Positions 31,071 through 39,493 of a DNA stretch of 55,290 nucleotides are shown here, one piece after another. The stretch lies in contig JBBDIP010000001.1 in the NCBI GenBank assembly GCA_040880305.1, positions 1 to 55,290 on the forward strand. Reading direction: 5' to 3'. The stretch is from Bacillota bacterium. GTDB lineage: Bacteria > Bacillota > Sulfobacillia > Fermentithermobacillales > Fermentithermobacillaceae. The notes beneath the pieces were generated by a model. That model was given only the letters and a program-made list of their open reading frames with translations. It made no database searches and was not told where the DNA came from. Numbering within the stretch: position 1 is the stretch's first letter; each line of letters opens with the position of its first letter. The position numbers and the translations under genes were made by a program.

Positions 31071-32000
31071 ATGAAAAACCTTAGAGGCAGGCATCTTGTG
31101 TGGCTACATGACTGGTCGAAAGAGGATATAGAGACCGTTCTCGAAACCGCGTGGAATATGAAAGCGGACTACTACGCGGGGATACGTCCCACTCCTCTTT
31201 TTGGCAAGACTCTGGCCATGATCTTCTCGAAGCCCTCGACCAGGACCCGCGTATCGTTTGAGGTGGCCATGACTCAGCTGGGTGGACACGCTCTCTACCT
31301 GGGCGCAAACGACCTTCAACTCGGGCGGGGCGAGACCATCCCCGACACGGCCCAGGTCATATCCAGATACTGCGACGCGATTATGATCCGCACGTTTGCC
31401 CACCAGGACGTTGTGGATTTGGCCCGGCACTCCAGGGTCCCCGTGGTTAACGGGCTCACCGACCTGGTCCATCCGGTACAGATCCTTGCGGACCTGCTCA
31501 CAATCAAGGAGAAGTTCGGGTACGTCAAGGGCTTGAAGACGGCGTTTGTCGGCGATGGCAACAATGTGGCTCACTCCCTCATGTTGGGCTGCGGCAAGTT
31601 GGGCATGGAAGTTAGAGTCGTATGCGCCAAAGGCTACGAGCCGAGACAGGACATACAGAAGATGGCTGAGGAAGACGCCCGGCCGTACGGCGGCAAGATC
31701 GTGGTCACCAACGACATAGACCAGGGGCTTAAGGATGCAGATATTGTCTATACCGATGTTTGGACCAGCATGGGACAGGAGACGGAGCGCCAGGAGAGGC
31801 TCAAGAACCTGGCTGCCTACCAAGTCAACGCCAAGCTCATGGAGAAGACCGGCAAGAACACCGTCTTCATGCACTGCCTGCCCGCCCACAGGGGCGAGGA
31901 GGTCACGGCCGAGGTAGCCGACTCCCCCAGGTCGGTCATATTCGACGAAGCCGAGAACAGGCTACACGCGCAAAAGGCGGTTCTTGCCCTGGTTATGTAG
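31071..32000 (+). CDS. argF: Ornithine carbamoyltransferase
   Basis: STRTRVSFE, HPVQILADL, DVWTSMG, HCLPAHRGEE. AAAAGGAGGA RBS before ATG 31071; the ORF track's TTG 31044 is unlikely. Confidence 0.95.
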   Translation: MKNLRGRHLVWLHDWSKEDIETVLETAWNMKADYYAGIRPTPLFGKTLAMIFSKPSTRTRVSFEVAMTQLGGHALYLGANDLQLGRGETIPDTAQVISRYCDAIMIRTFAHQDVVDLARHSRVPVVNGLTDLVHPVQILADLLTIKEKFGYVKGLKTAFVGDGNNVAHSLMLGCGKLGMEVRVVCAKGYEPRQDIQKMAEEDARPYGGKIVVTNDIDQGLKDADIVYTDVWTSMGQETERQERLKNLAAYQVNAKLMEKTGKNTVFMHCLPAHRGEEVTAEVADSPRSVIFDEAENRLHAQKAVLALVM

Positions 32001-32036
32001 GGCGGGAGAACCAACATATATGACCGGAGGGCAAAG

Positions 32037-33362
32037 ATGATGCCGAAAACAAGGATCGTCATCATGGGGGCCGCGGGGCGCGACTTCCATAACTTCAACA
32101 CCGTGTACAGGGACAACCCCGGCTACGAGGTGGTTTGCTTCACGGCAACCCAGATCCCGGACATCGAGGGGCGGACCTACCCGCCAAAGCTGGCGGGCAA
32201 GCTCTACCCCAACGGGATTCCCATCTATGCCGAAGGCGAACTCCCCGACATAATCAAGAAGCACAAGATAGACGAGGTCATCTTCGCCTACAGCGACCAG
32301 AGTCACGTAAACCTCATGCATAAGGCTTCTTCGGTGCTGGCCAGCGGAGCTGCTTTTAAGTTCTTGGGCTACAAAGCCACAGCCATCCCCTCCAAGAAGC
32401 CCGTCATCTCGGTGTGTGCCGTCAGGACAGGCGTCGGGAAGAGCCAGACGACGCGCAAGGTCGCCGAGATCCTGAAGGCGGCGGGCAAGAAAGTGGCCGC
32501 TATCCGCCACCCCATGCCCTACGGCAATCTGGAGGAGCAGATCTGGCAGAGGTACGCGACATACGCCGACCTCGATTCCTACAAGTGCACGATCGAAGAG
32601 CGCGAGGAGTATGAGCCGCACCTGGACCGCGGGACCATCGTGTACGCCGGGGTGGACTACGGCGAGATCCTCCGCCGGGCGGAGCAGGAAGTCGACGTGG
32701 TGCTGTGGGACGGCGGCAACAACGACCTGCCCTTCTACAAGTCCGATTGCCGCATCGTCCTGGTCGACCCCCACAGGCCGGGGCACGAGATCATGTACCA
32801 CCCTGGAGAAACAAATCTGCGGATGGCCGACATCGTCGTGATCAACAAGATCGATACCGCCGGGGCCGGCAACGTCGACATAGTCAGGAACAATGTGCGA
32901 GAGGCCAACCCCAAGGCCATAGTGGTCGATGCCGCGTCGCCCGTCTTTCCCGAAAGGCCCCTTGAGATCGCGGGCAAGAGAGTCCTGGTCATCGAGGACG
33001 GTCCTACGCTGACCCACGGCGAGATGAGCTACGGCGCCGGCGTTATGGCCGCAAAGAAGTGGGGTGCAGCCGAGCTAGTCGACCCCAGACCGTACGCGGT
33101 CGGCTCTATCGCCGCCACTTTCCAAAAGTACCCTCACGTCGGCCCGGTGCTGCCTGCCATGGGTTACTCGCCCAAGCAGGTCAAGGAGCTGGAAGAGACC
33201 GTCGATGCGGTCCCGTGCGATCTGGTCCTCGTGGCGACCCCAATTGACCTGCGCAGAGTCATGAAGGTTGAGAAACCCTCGATGAGGGTGCGCTACGAGT
33301 TGCAGGAGATCGGCACGCCGACTCTCCTCGACGCCATCAAGATGGTAGGCGGCATAATCTAA
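32037..33362 (+). CDS. COG2403-family P-loop protein (cyclic 2,3-diphosphoglycerate synthetase-like / 'predicted GTPase'), paralog 1
   Basis: 441 aa. Walker A-like AVRTGVGKSQTT. Blocks IMGAAGRDFHNFN, LWDGGNNDLPFYK and INKIDTA are shared with paralog 2. GGAGG RBS. Confidence 0.7.
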   Translation: MMPKTRIVIMGAAGRDFHNFNTVYRDNPGYEVVCFTATQIPDIEGRTYPPKLAGKLYPNGIPIYAEGELPDIIKKHKIDEVIFAYSDQSHVNLMHKASSVLASGAAFKFLGYKATAIPSKKPVISVCAVRTGVGKSQTTRKVAEILKAAGKKVAAIRHPMPYGNLEEQIWQRYATYADLDSYKCTIEEREEYEPHLDRGTIVYAGVDYGEILRRAEQEVDVVLWDGGNNDLPFYKSDCRIVLVDPHRPGHEIMYHPGETNLRMADIVVINKIDTAGAGNVDIVRNNVREANPKAIVVDAASPVFPERPLEIAGKRVLVIEDGPTLTHGEMSYGAGVMAAKKWGAAELVDPRPYAVGSIAATFQKYPHVGPVLPAMGYSPKQVKELEETVDAVPCDLVLVATPIDLRRVMKVEKPSMRVRYELQEIGTPTLLDAIKMVGGII

Positions 33363-33393
33363 AGCCAAGCACAATCCAAGGTTGGTCTGGCAA

Positions 33394-33433
33394 GAGGGCG
33401 GGTTCTCCAATGACCCCGCCCTCCTCCTTTTCC
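33394..33433 (+). terminator. Intrinsic terminator ending the ord-to-COG2403 transcription unit
   Basis: GAGGGCGGG-12 nt loop-CCCGCCCTC followed by CTCCTTTTCC, starting 32 nt after the stop codon. Confidence 0.6.
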
Positions 33434-33523
33434 ATCTGGCGAATAGGCGCTTTGGCGTGGCGCAACACTATCCGTTGGGCGTGTAAAGTATGCGTCCATA
33501 CCAAAGGGAGGTCCGCGCGCCAG

Positions 33524-35518
33524 ATGACGACAGCCCAGAGCATCTACCTGGTTGCCTTTTCCGTGTACCTCATCTTCTTCGTCCTCTTCGCAAGGTTCTT
33601 CATCTGGAAAAACTACAGCGACAAAAAGTATTGGAATAGACGACTCACGCTGCGCGCGAACGACCTTCGCGACACCGCCGCGGCCCTTGGCAGAGAGATC
33701 CCGTTCATGAGCGTCCTGGTACCCGCCAGGAACGAGTCACTGGTCATCGAAAACACCGTCAGGCACCTGGTGAAGTTAAACTACCCGCCGGAATCGCTCG
33801 AGATTGTAGTGATGACCGATGAGAAGGAAGCGCTCACGGCGTCCCAGGAAAGGGCAAGCATCGCGAGGGCGGCGGTTGCCGTCCTGCGGGGCGCAAGGCG
33901 TCAGGAGGCGCTGCCAAAGGAGCAGGAATCCTGCGTCAGGGCGGTCCTTTTGTCGATGCTGTCGGACTACGCCCTCAAGGAGTACCTCTCAAAAGGGTTC
34001 CAGAAGACGTACTCGGTGAGCGTGCCTGAACTCTCAAACCTGCCCGCCGCTGAGAGGCACCGGATGGTCCGCGACATCTGCATAGCCATCGTGAACTCCA
34101 ATGGAGCGCCGCCAAGGAAAAGGCTGTTCTCGATCGTTTCCAGGACTTGCCGCTGGCTCTCTCCTTTGGACCAGGGACGGGTGTATCCGGCGTGCCTTGC
34201 TGTGGCCGTGCCCGTCATAGCCGCGTTCGCCGGTTTGTACGACGAAACCAGACGGCGGGTGCTGCAGAAGACGATCCGGCATACCGTACAGGCTAACCAC
34301 GAACTGACCCGCGACATCATCTCCCGCATGACTGACTTCATTGCGGCGAGGGTGGCGCAGGCGGTCAGAAAGGCGGCCGCCGGGGGCGAACTCCCCGGCA
34401 AGGTTGAGCGGACGGTCGCGGAGATGTACCCCACTACCCAGGAAGTGTTGGACGACGTAAGGCGGGAATTGGGCGGCCGGCCGGACGTGGCGGTGATTAA
34501 GCACATCCAGGTCCCGGCCGACTTTGACGGCAAGATGGGCGGAGTGAGGACCGGGCAGGCGGTCCCTTCCACGAAGGGAAGAGCGCTGAACTGGGGCACT
34601 TCCTTCCTTGACCCCCGCACCGAAGTCTGCGGCTTCTACGACGCCGAGAGCCGCCCCAGCTCCGATGTGCTCCTGTACGTTGGGTACCGTCGAATGCTGG
34701 ACCCGCTCGGGTCGCGCGTCCTTCAGGGCCCCGTCTTTCAGGTCAGGAACTTTTACCAGATGACCCCGTTCTGCAGGATTGCCTCGTTGTACCAGGCCAT
34801 AGCGCACGACTGGTACCTGCCCTGGCTTTTTAGAACGCTGCCCTTTGTGGGCGGGACCAACGTGTTTGTCAGCAGGGAACTCTTACAGAAAGTCGGCGGT
34901 TGGGATTCCAGCGTGTTGACTGAGGACCTGGAGTTTGGCACGAGAGCCTACCTCTCGTGCGACGCCTGGCCGGAGTATCTGCCCTACATGTCTTCTGAAC
35001 AGACCCCGCCGACCTTCCGGGCGTTCTTCCGCCAGCGCCTTCGCTGGGGGACGGGCCACCTGCAGGTCGTGGATAAGGTCGCCCACGCGCAGGACGTTGA
35101 ACCCAAGAAAAGAGAGCGGCTTTGGTGGAGGCTCATGATCAAGGGCCAGGTTGAGTGGGTGGTGTACCAGGTAGCTACGTTTGTCCCGCCTATAGCCATG
35201 GGGCTTCACTACAAAGGGTTGTTGGATCCCAACATCATTCCTCCCTCCGGGCAGTGGATCCTTACGACATTTTCGGCCATCTACCTGGGGTTCACTCTTT
35301 ACGCGTTTAGGAGGTACAGCGGCTATTTGGACCAGGCCGGGAAACCCGATTCCTTCGCAGGCAATTGCCTGGTCTACCTCGGGTTGCTGCTGCTGCCCCT
35401 GGCGGCCTTCATGTTTCCCGTGCCCTATACCAGCGCGCTGGTGCTGAAGAGCATAGGCAGAGAGCCGAAGATGTGGGTCAAGACACCGAGGACAGAAGAG
35501 ACCAAGGCAGTCAGTTGA
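33524..35518 (+). CDS. Membrane family-2 glycosyltransferase (QxxRW type) with a large internal insertion
   Basis: N-terminal TM segment. Motifs VLVPARNES, LEIVVMTDE, then about 250 aa of non-GT sequence, then KGRALNWG, YDAES, TEDLEFG, QRLRWGTGH. About 4 C-terminal TM segments. AAAGGGAGG RBS before ATG 33524. Confidence 0.8.
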   Translation: MTTAQSIYLVAFSVYLIFFVLFARFFIWKNYSDKKYWNRRLTLRANDLRDTAAALGREIPFMSVLVPARNESLVIENTVRHLVKLNYPPESLEIVVMTDEKEALTASQERASIARAAVAVLRGARRQEALPKEQESCVRAVLLSMLSDYALKEYLSKGFQKTYSVSVPELSNLPAAERHRMVRDICIAIVNSNGAPPRKRLFSIVSRTCRWLSPLDQGRVYPACLAVAVPVIAAFAGLYDETRRRVLQKTIRHTVQANHELTRDIISRMTDFIAARVAQAVRKAAAGGELPGKVERTVAEMYPTTQEVLDDVRRELGGRPDVAVIKHIQVPADFDGKMGGVRTGQAVPSTKGRALNWGTSFLDPRTEVCGFYDAESRPSSDVLLYVGYRRMLDPLGSRVLQGPVFQVRNFYQMTPFCRIASLYQAIAHDWYLPWLFRTLPFVGGTNVFVSRELLQKVGGWDSSVLTEDLEFGTRAYLSCDAWPEYLPYMSSEQTPPTFRAFFRQRLRWGTGHLQVVDKVAHAQDVEPKKRERLWWRLMIKGQVEWVVYQVATFVPPIAMGLHYKGLLDPNIIPPSGQWILTTFSAIYLGFTLYAFRRYSGYLDQAGKPDSFAGNCLVYLGLLLLPLAAFMFPVPYTSALVLKSIGREPKMWVKTPRTEETKAVS

Positions 35519-35554
35519 CCGGCGCCCGAGGCCGGGATCCAAGGAGATGTTCGC

Positions 35555-36889
35555 ATGGCTAGACCCAGGAAAGTCGCGATCATGGGGGCCGCGGGCCGGG
35601 ACTTTCACAACTTCAACGTCTTCTTCCGCGATAACCCGGATTATCAGGTGGTTTTCTTCACCGCAACTCAGATACCCGACATATCGGACCGGCTGTATCC
35701 GCCTGAACTGGCCGGGCCTTCCTACGATCAGGGCATCCCCATTTACCCGGAAGACAAGTTGCCGGAGCTCATCCGCCAACACGAGATAGACCAGGTAGTC
35801 TTCGCCTACAGCGACGTCTCCCACGAGTATGTGATGCACAAGGGGTCGCTTGTCATGGCCAGCGGTGCCGACTTCGTGCTCCTGGGCCCCCGTTCCACCC
35901 TCCTGGCATCGGAAAAGCCGGTTGTGGCAGTCACGGCGGTCCGCACCGGGGTCGGTAAGAGTCAGACCACCCGCAGGGTCCTCGACATCATAAAGCAGAG
36001 GGGCAAGAAGGTCAGCGCCGTCCGCCACCCGATGCCCTACGGCAACCTCGTGGAGCAGACGGCCGAACGGTTCGCCACCTACGAGGACCTCAACAGGTAC
36101 AAGTGCACTATCGAGGAGCGCGAGGAGTACGAGCCCATAATCGACCGCGGGATGGTCGTCTGGGCGGGCGTTGACTACGAGAAGATCCTCCGGTTGGTGG
36201 AAAAAGAGGCCGACATCATCCTATGGGACGGCGGCAATAACGACCTGCCCTTCTACAAGCCGGACATCCACATCGTGCTGGTCGACCCTCACAGGCCCGG
36301 ACACGAGGAAAGGTATCACCCGGGGGAGACCAACCTGCGGATGGCCGATATCGTGGTGATCAACAAGATCGACACTGCTCCGCCCGAGGGAGTGGACCAG
36401 GTCAGGGAGGCAATTGGGCGACTTAACCCCGACGCGGCGGTCGTCGAGGCGGCGTCTCCGATCTTCGTCGACAACCCGGAAGTTATTCGCGACAAGAACG
36501 TGTTGGTGGTAGAAGACGGTCCCACCCTGACGCACGGGGGAATGACCTTTGGCGCCGGCGTGGTGGCGGCCAAGCGTTACCGAGCGAAAAGCCTAGTAGA
36601 CCCAAGGGAGTTTGCGGTCGGGAGTATAGCTGCCACGTATCGGAAGTACCCCGGGATCGGCACTCTCCTGCCTGCCATGGGTTACGGAGACCAGCAGGTG
36701 AGGGACCTGGAAGAGACCATACGCAGGACTCCCTGCGATGCGGTCATAGTAGCGACGCCCATTGACCTGTCCAAGATAGCCAAGATCGACAAGCCTTGGA
36801 CCAGGGTGAGGTACGAACTCCAGGAGATAGGCCGCCCAACTCTCGCCGACGTGCTGGACGAAAGGGCCAAAGCTCTAGGGATCTGGTGA
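35555..36889 (+). CDS. COG2403-family P-loop protein, paralog 2
   Basis: 444 aa, colinear with the 32037-33362 product over its full length (by eye roughly two-thirds identical). AAGGAG RBS 8 nt before ATG 35555. Confidence 0.7.
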   Translation: MARPRKVAIMGAAGRDFHNFNVFFRDNPDYQVVFFTATQIPDISDRLYPPELAGPSYDQGIPIYPEDKLPELIRQHEIDQVVFAYSDVSHEYVMHKGSLVMASGADFVLLGPRSTLLASEKPVVAVTAVRTGVGKSQTTRRVLDIIKQRGKKVSAVRHPMPYGNLVEQTAERFATYEDLNRYKCTIEEREEYEPIIDRGMVVWAGVDYEKILRLVEKEADIILWDGGNNDLPFYKPDIHIVLVDPHRPGHEERYHPGETNLRMADIVVINKIDTAPPEGVDQVREAIGRLNPDAAVVEAASPIFVDNPEVIRDKNVLVVEDGPTLTHGGMTFGAGVVAAKRYRAKSLVDPREFAVGSIAATYRKYPGIGTLLPAMGYGDQQVRDLEETIRRTPCDAVIVATPIDLSKIAKIDKPWTRVRYELQEIGRPTLADVLDERAKALGIW

Positions 36890-37003
36890 GGTCGCAGAAG
36901 GATTCTCGCCCTTGCCGCACCGAAAGAGTAGGGGTTATGCCCGCCATGCGGCGGACGCATCGACGCCTTAGAGGGGAGGGGCGAGCCGGCAGGGCTCGTT
37001 AAC

Positions 37004-37276
37004 TTGGACTGGAGGATAGTTGCTTCAACTTTCGTCGCTGTCTTTCTTGCGGAGCTGGGTGACAAGACCCAGCTATCAACTATGATGCTTGCCTCCTCCA
37101 AGAAGGCTCCTGTGAGCGTGTTCATAGGCTCAGCGTTTGCGCTGACGCTCTCTTCGCTCATCGGCGTCCTCGTGGGAGATACGCTTTACAGGCTTGTGCC
37201 CGCCCACATCATCAAACTGGTCGCCGGCGGAGGATTCCTGGTGATAGGAGCCCTAATCTTGTTCGGTCGCCTGTAG
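37004..37276 (+). CDS. UPF0016 (GDT1/TMEM165-like) single-domain membrane protein
   Basis: 90 aa, 3 TM segments, signature ELGDKTQL. Confidence 0.8.
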   Translation: MDWRIVASTFVAVFLAELGDKTQLSTMMLASSKKAPVSVFIGSAFALTLSSLIGVLVGDTLYRLVPAHIIKLVAGGGFLVIGALILFGRL

Positions 37277-37287
37277 GCGTATATAAT
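37259..37287 (+). promoter_or_regulatory. Candidate sigma-A promoter for tRNA-Arg
   Basis: TTGTTC-17 nt-TATAAT; the -10 box ends 14 nt before the mature tRNA 5' end. Confidence 0.4.
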
Positions 37288-37301
37288 GAACCGAGTAAAG
37301 T

Positions 37302-37378
<77 letters not shown>

Positions 37379-37399
37379 CTTCATTGGAGGACTGTCGCT

Positions 37400-38026
37400 T
37401 TGAAAGCTGACATCGTTCGCCCCCCGTCCAGACTCGCGGTTTTCGTCGACGGCTGGAATTTCAAGTACGCCACCTACGATTCATTCGGCATCCACGTTGA
37501 CTTCGTAAGGCTCCTGGATATCCTGTCCAAGGACAGCATCCTCATTAGGGCCTACTACTACACCGGAGAATGGACAACCGACAGCATTGACCAGTACGTC
37601 AGGCTGTCAAGCAATCCCGACCCGGTGGCCCTTAGGGAGGAGCTCGATAGCGGCCGCAGGCGGTCTCAATCGTTCCACAGATTTTTGAACAGGAACGGGT
37701 ACATGGTGGTCCGCAAGCCGCTGAAGGTATTCGCGGGCGGGACCATCAAGGCCGATCTTGACTTGGAGCTCGCTATCGACATGCTTTCCCTGGTTGACCG
37801 CTGCGACAAGTTCGTGCTTTGCTCCGGAGACGGGGATTTCGTTCCGCTAATCCGCGCGGTCGCCCAGAGAGGCGTCAGGATCCAGGTGTTGTCCACGCAG
37901 CATCCCGACGCCTACGCCAGGTGCAACTTCAAGGCTGCAGACGAACTGGTAGACGCGGCCGACGAGTTCATCGAGCTGTCCGACCTGCTCCCGCAGATAG
38001 CCAGAGCGCAGGCGCCGCAGAAGTAA
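37400..38026 (+). CDS. NYN-domain (LabA/COG1432-like) protein
   Basis: RLAVFVDGWNF..., LELAIDML, FVLCSGDGDFVPLI..., GVRIQV. TTG 37400 lies 9 nt after GGAGG. The ORF-track start at 37349 overlaps the tRNA. Confidence 0.8.
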   Translation: MKADIVRPPSRLAVFVDGWNFKYATYDSFGIHVDFVRLLDILSKDSILIRAYYYTGEWTTDSIDQYVRLSSNPDPVALREELDSGRRRSQSFHRFLNRNGYMVVRKPLKVFAGGTIKADLDLELAIDMLSLVDRCDKFVLCSGDGDFVPLIRAVAQRGVRIQVLSTQHPDAYARCNFKAADELVDAADEFIELSDLLPQIARAQAPQK

Positions 38027-38030
38027 CTCT

Positions 38031-38360
38031 TTATCGGCTCGGCCTTACGGCCACGCTCCAGGTGACGGATAGCTGGTCGCGGACGATCTCGGGAACGTGG
38101 ACCGGGAAAACCGGTTCTTCCGCTCCGGCGATAAACTCAAATATCCTCTTACCCATGTCGGGGTGGACGTGGGACATCTCGACGCGGCAGCCGGTCTGCC
38201 TATCGGTCCCCAGATTGGTCCTCTCGTTAACCGATGCCTGGATGCAGCATTGCTGTCCGTTCTCAGTATCTTGCATTGCCAGGCTGTAGCGGAGGACAAA
38301 CTCCCTGCCCTCCCTTGAGAGCGATCTAACGCTCTCGCGGAGCACACTGTCTTCTGCCAT
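38031..38360 (-). CDS. Small hypothetical protein (109 aa; resembles small Clostridia-type proteins of unknown function)
   Basis: ATG 38360 is preceded by GGGAGG. Coding-like composition. I see no confident family match; the C-terminal VFPVHVPEIVRDQL pattern is reminiscent of a DUF family, from memory only. Confidence 0.5.
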   Translation of the reverse strand: MAEDSVLRESVRSLSREGREFVLRYSLAMQDTENGQQCCIQASVNERTNLGTDRQTGCRVEMSHVHPDMGKRIFEFIAGAEEPVFPVHVPEIVRDQLSVTWSVAVRPSR

Positions 38361-38707
38361 ATTCGGAACCTCCCGTACGCTTCTATTGCCATCTCTATCT
38401 CTCGGGAACGCGCGCCACCGGCTGTATCGCGAGGTGCCAGATGACTTCGGGAGCCTTCTTGTGGATACCCTTGTGGACAATGGTGAATCGTTCGACCTAA
38501 CGCGACAGGTTTACGCTACCTGTCCCAAGTAACGAGTCTACCTACTTTTGACAGTCCCCAGGCAAGCGTGGGCGCACCCAGACGCTTCCAGTCGTATGAG
38601 GTCGGAATGGGGCGAAGAGATCTTTGCTGCGGGCAGAATCATGCGCGATCATGAGGTTTGACGCGGTGGCCCAGCGTGGACATACTACGCTAGAGGGAGG
38701 TAGTTCG

Positions 38708-39415
38708 ATGAAACGAAACCTGCTTACGATCGCCGTCCTTGGTCTTTTGGCATCAGTGGTGCTCACGGCGTCAGGGTGCAAGCCCAAGATCTACACAGAC
38801 GGCACGTACAAAGGGATTTCCCAGGCAGATAGCCAGTACGGCTACGCCATAGCGGAAGTGACTGTGCAGAAGGACAAAATCACGGCGGCGAAGCTCACTG
38901 AGGTGACCGAACTCGGCGCGGACAAGGACTACGCGGCCTACCCTTACGCGAAAGCCAAAGAGGCCAACACTGAGATGGCCAAGAGGTTTGTGGGCAAGCA
39001 GGATGCCAACGTCGACGCCTACGCGGGCGCCACCAGTTCCTCCATCAAGTACAAGGAGGCCGTCTCACACGCGCTGGAAAAGGCGAGGAAGACTCCCGCG
39101 GTCAAGTCCACCTATTTTGACGGCACCTACTTCGGCCGTTCCCCGAGCACAGACAGCGGCTACGGCATCGCGTTCGTGACCATACAGGCCGACAAGATCA
39201 CAGCCGTGAAATTGGACGACGTGACCGAGCAGAACGTGCTGAAGGATTGGCCCACATACCAGTACCCCAAGGCTCTCGAGGCCAAGGACGCGATGGAGAA
39301 GAGATTCGTTGAGAAGAATAGCGGGGCCGTCGATACCTATGCCGGCGCCACCAGTAGCTCCTCCAAGTGGGTGGTATCTGTCCAGGAGGCTCTCAAGAGC
39401 GCCAAAGTAAGGTAA
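38708..39415 (+). CDS. Lipoprotein with two tandem FMN-binding domains
   Basis: Signal peptide plus lipobox (LTASGC). Two repeats of DGTY.G...GYGIA.VT.Q.DKITA.KL..VTE...VD.YAGATSSS (FMN_bind-type flavinylation motif). GAGGGAGG RBS. Confidence 0.8.
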   Translation: MKRNLLTIAVLGLLASVVLTASGCKPKIYTDGTYKGISQADSQYGYAIAEVTVQKDKITAAKLTEVTELGADKDYAAYPYAKAKEANTEMAKRFVGKQDANVDAYAGATSSSIKYKEAVSHALEKARKTPAVKSTYFDGTYFGRSPSTDSGYGIAFVTIQADKITAVKLDDVTEQNVLKDWPTYQYPKALEAKDAMEKRFVEKNSGAVDTYAGATSSSSKWVVSVQEALKSAKVR

Positions 39416-39493
39416 GTCCTTGGAGGATCAAGCAAGGCACTTGCAGAAGTCTTCGCCTGAATTGGTTGTTATGCGACGAAGGAGGCTTATGAC

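Noticed and set aside
33410-33523. Upstream start of the GT2 ORF.
   Set aside because: It starts inside the terminator hairpin of the preceding operon. ATG 33524 has an AAAGGGAGG RBS and immediately precedes the first TM helix.
36890-37003. Possible yybP-ykoY (Mn2+) riboswitch upstream of the UPF0016 transporter gene.
   Set aside because: The context is suggestive, but I cannot find the conserved GGGGAGUAG / UUGACAUA / GAGACC elements in the right arrangement. Only a loose AGAGUAGGGG and a small CCGCC...GGCGG hairpin are present. An Infernal scan with RF00080 would settle it.
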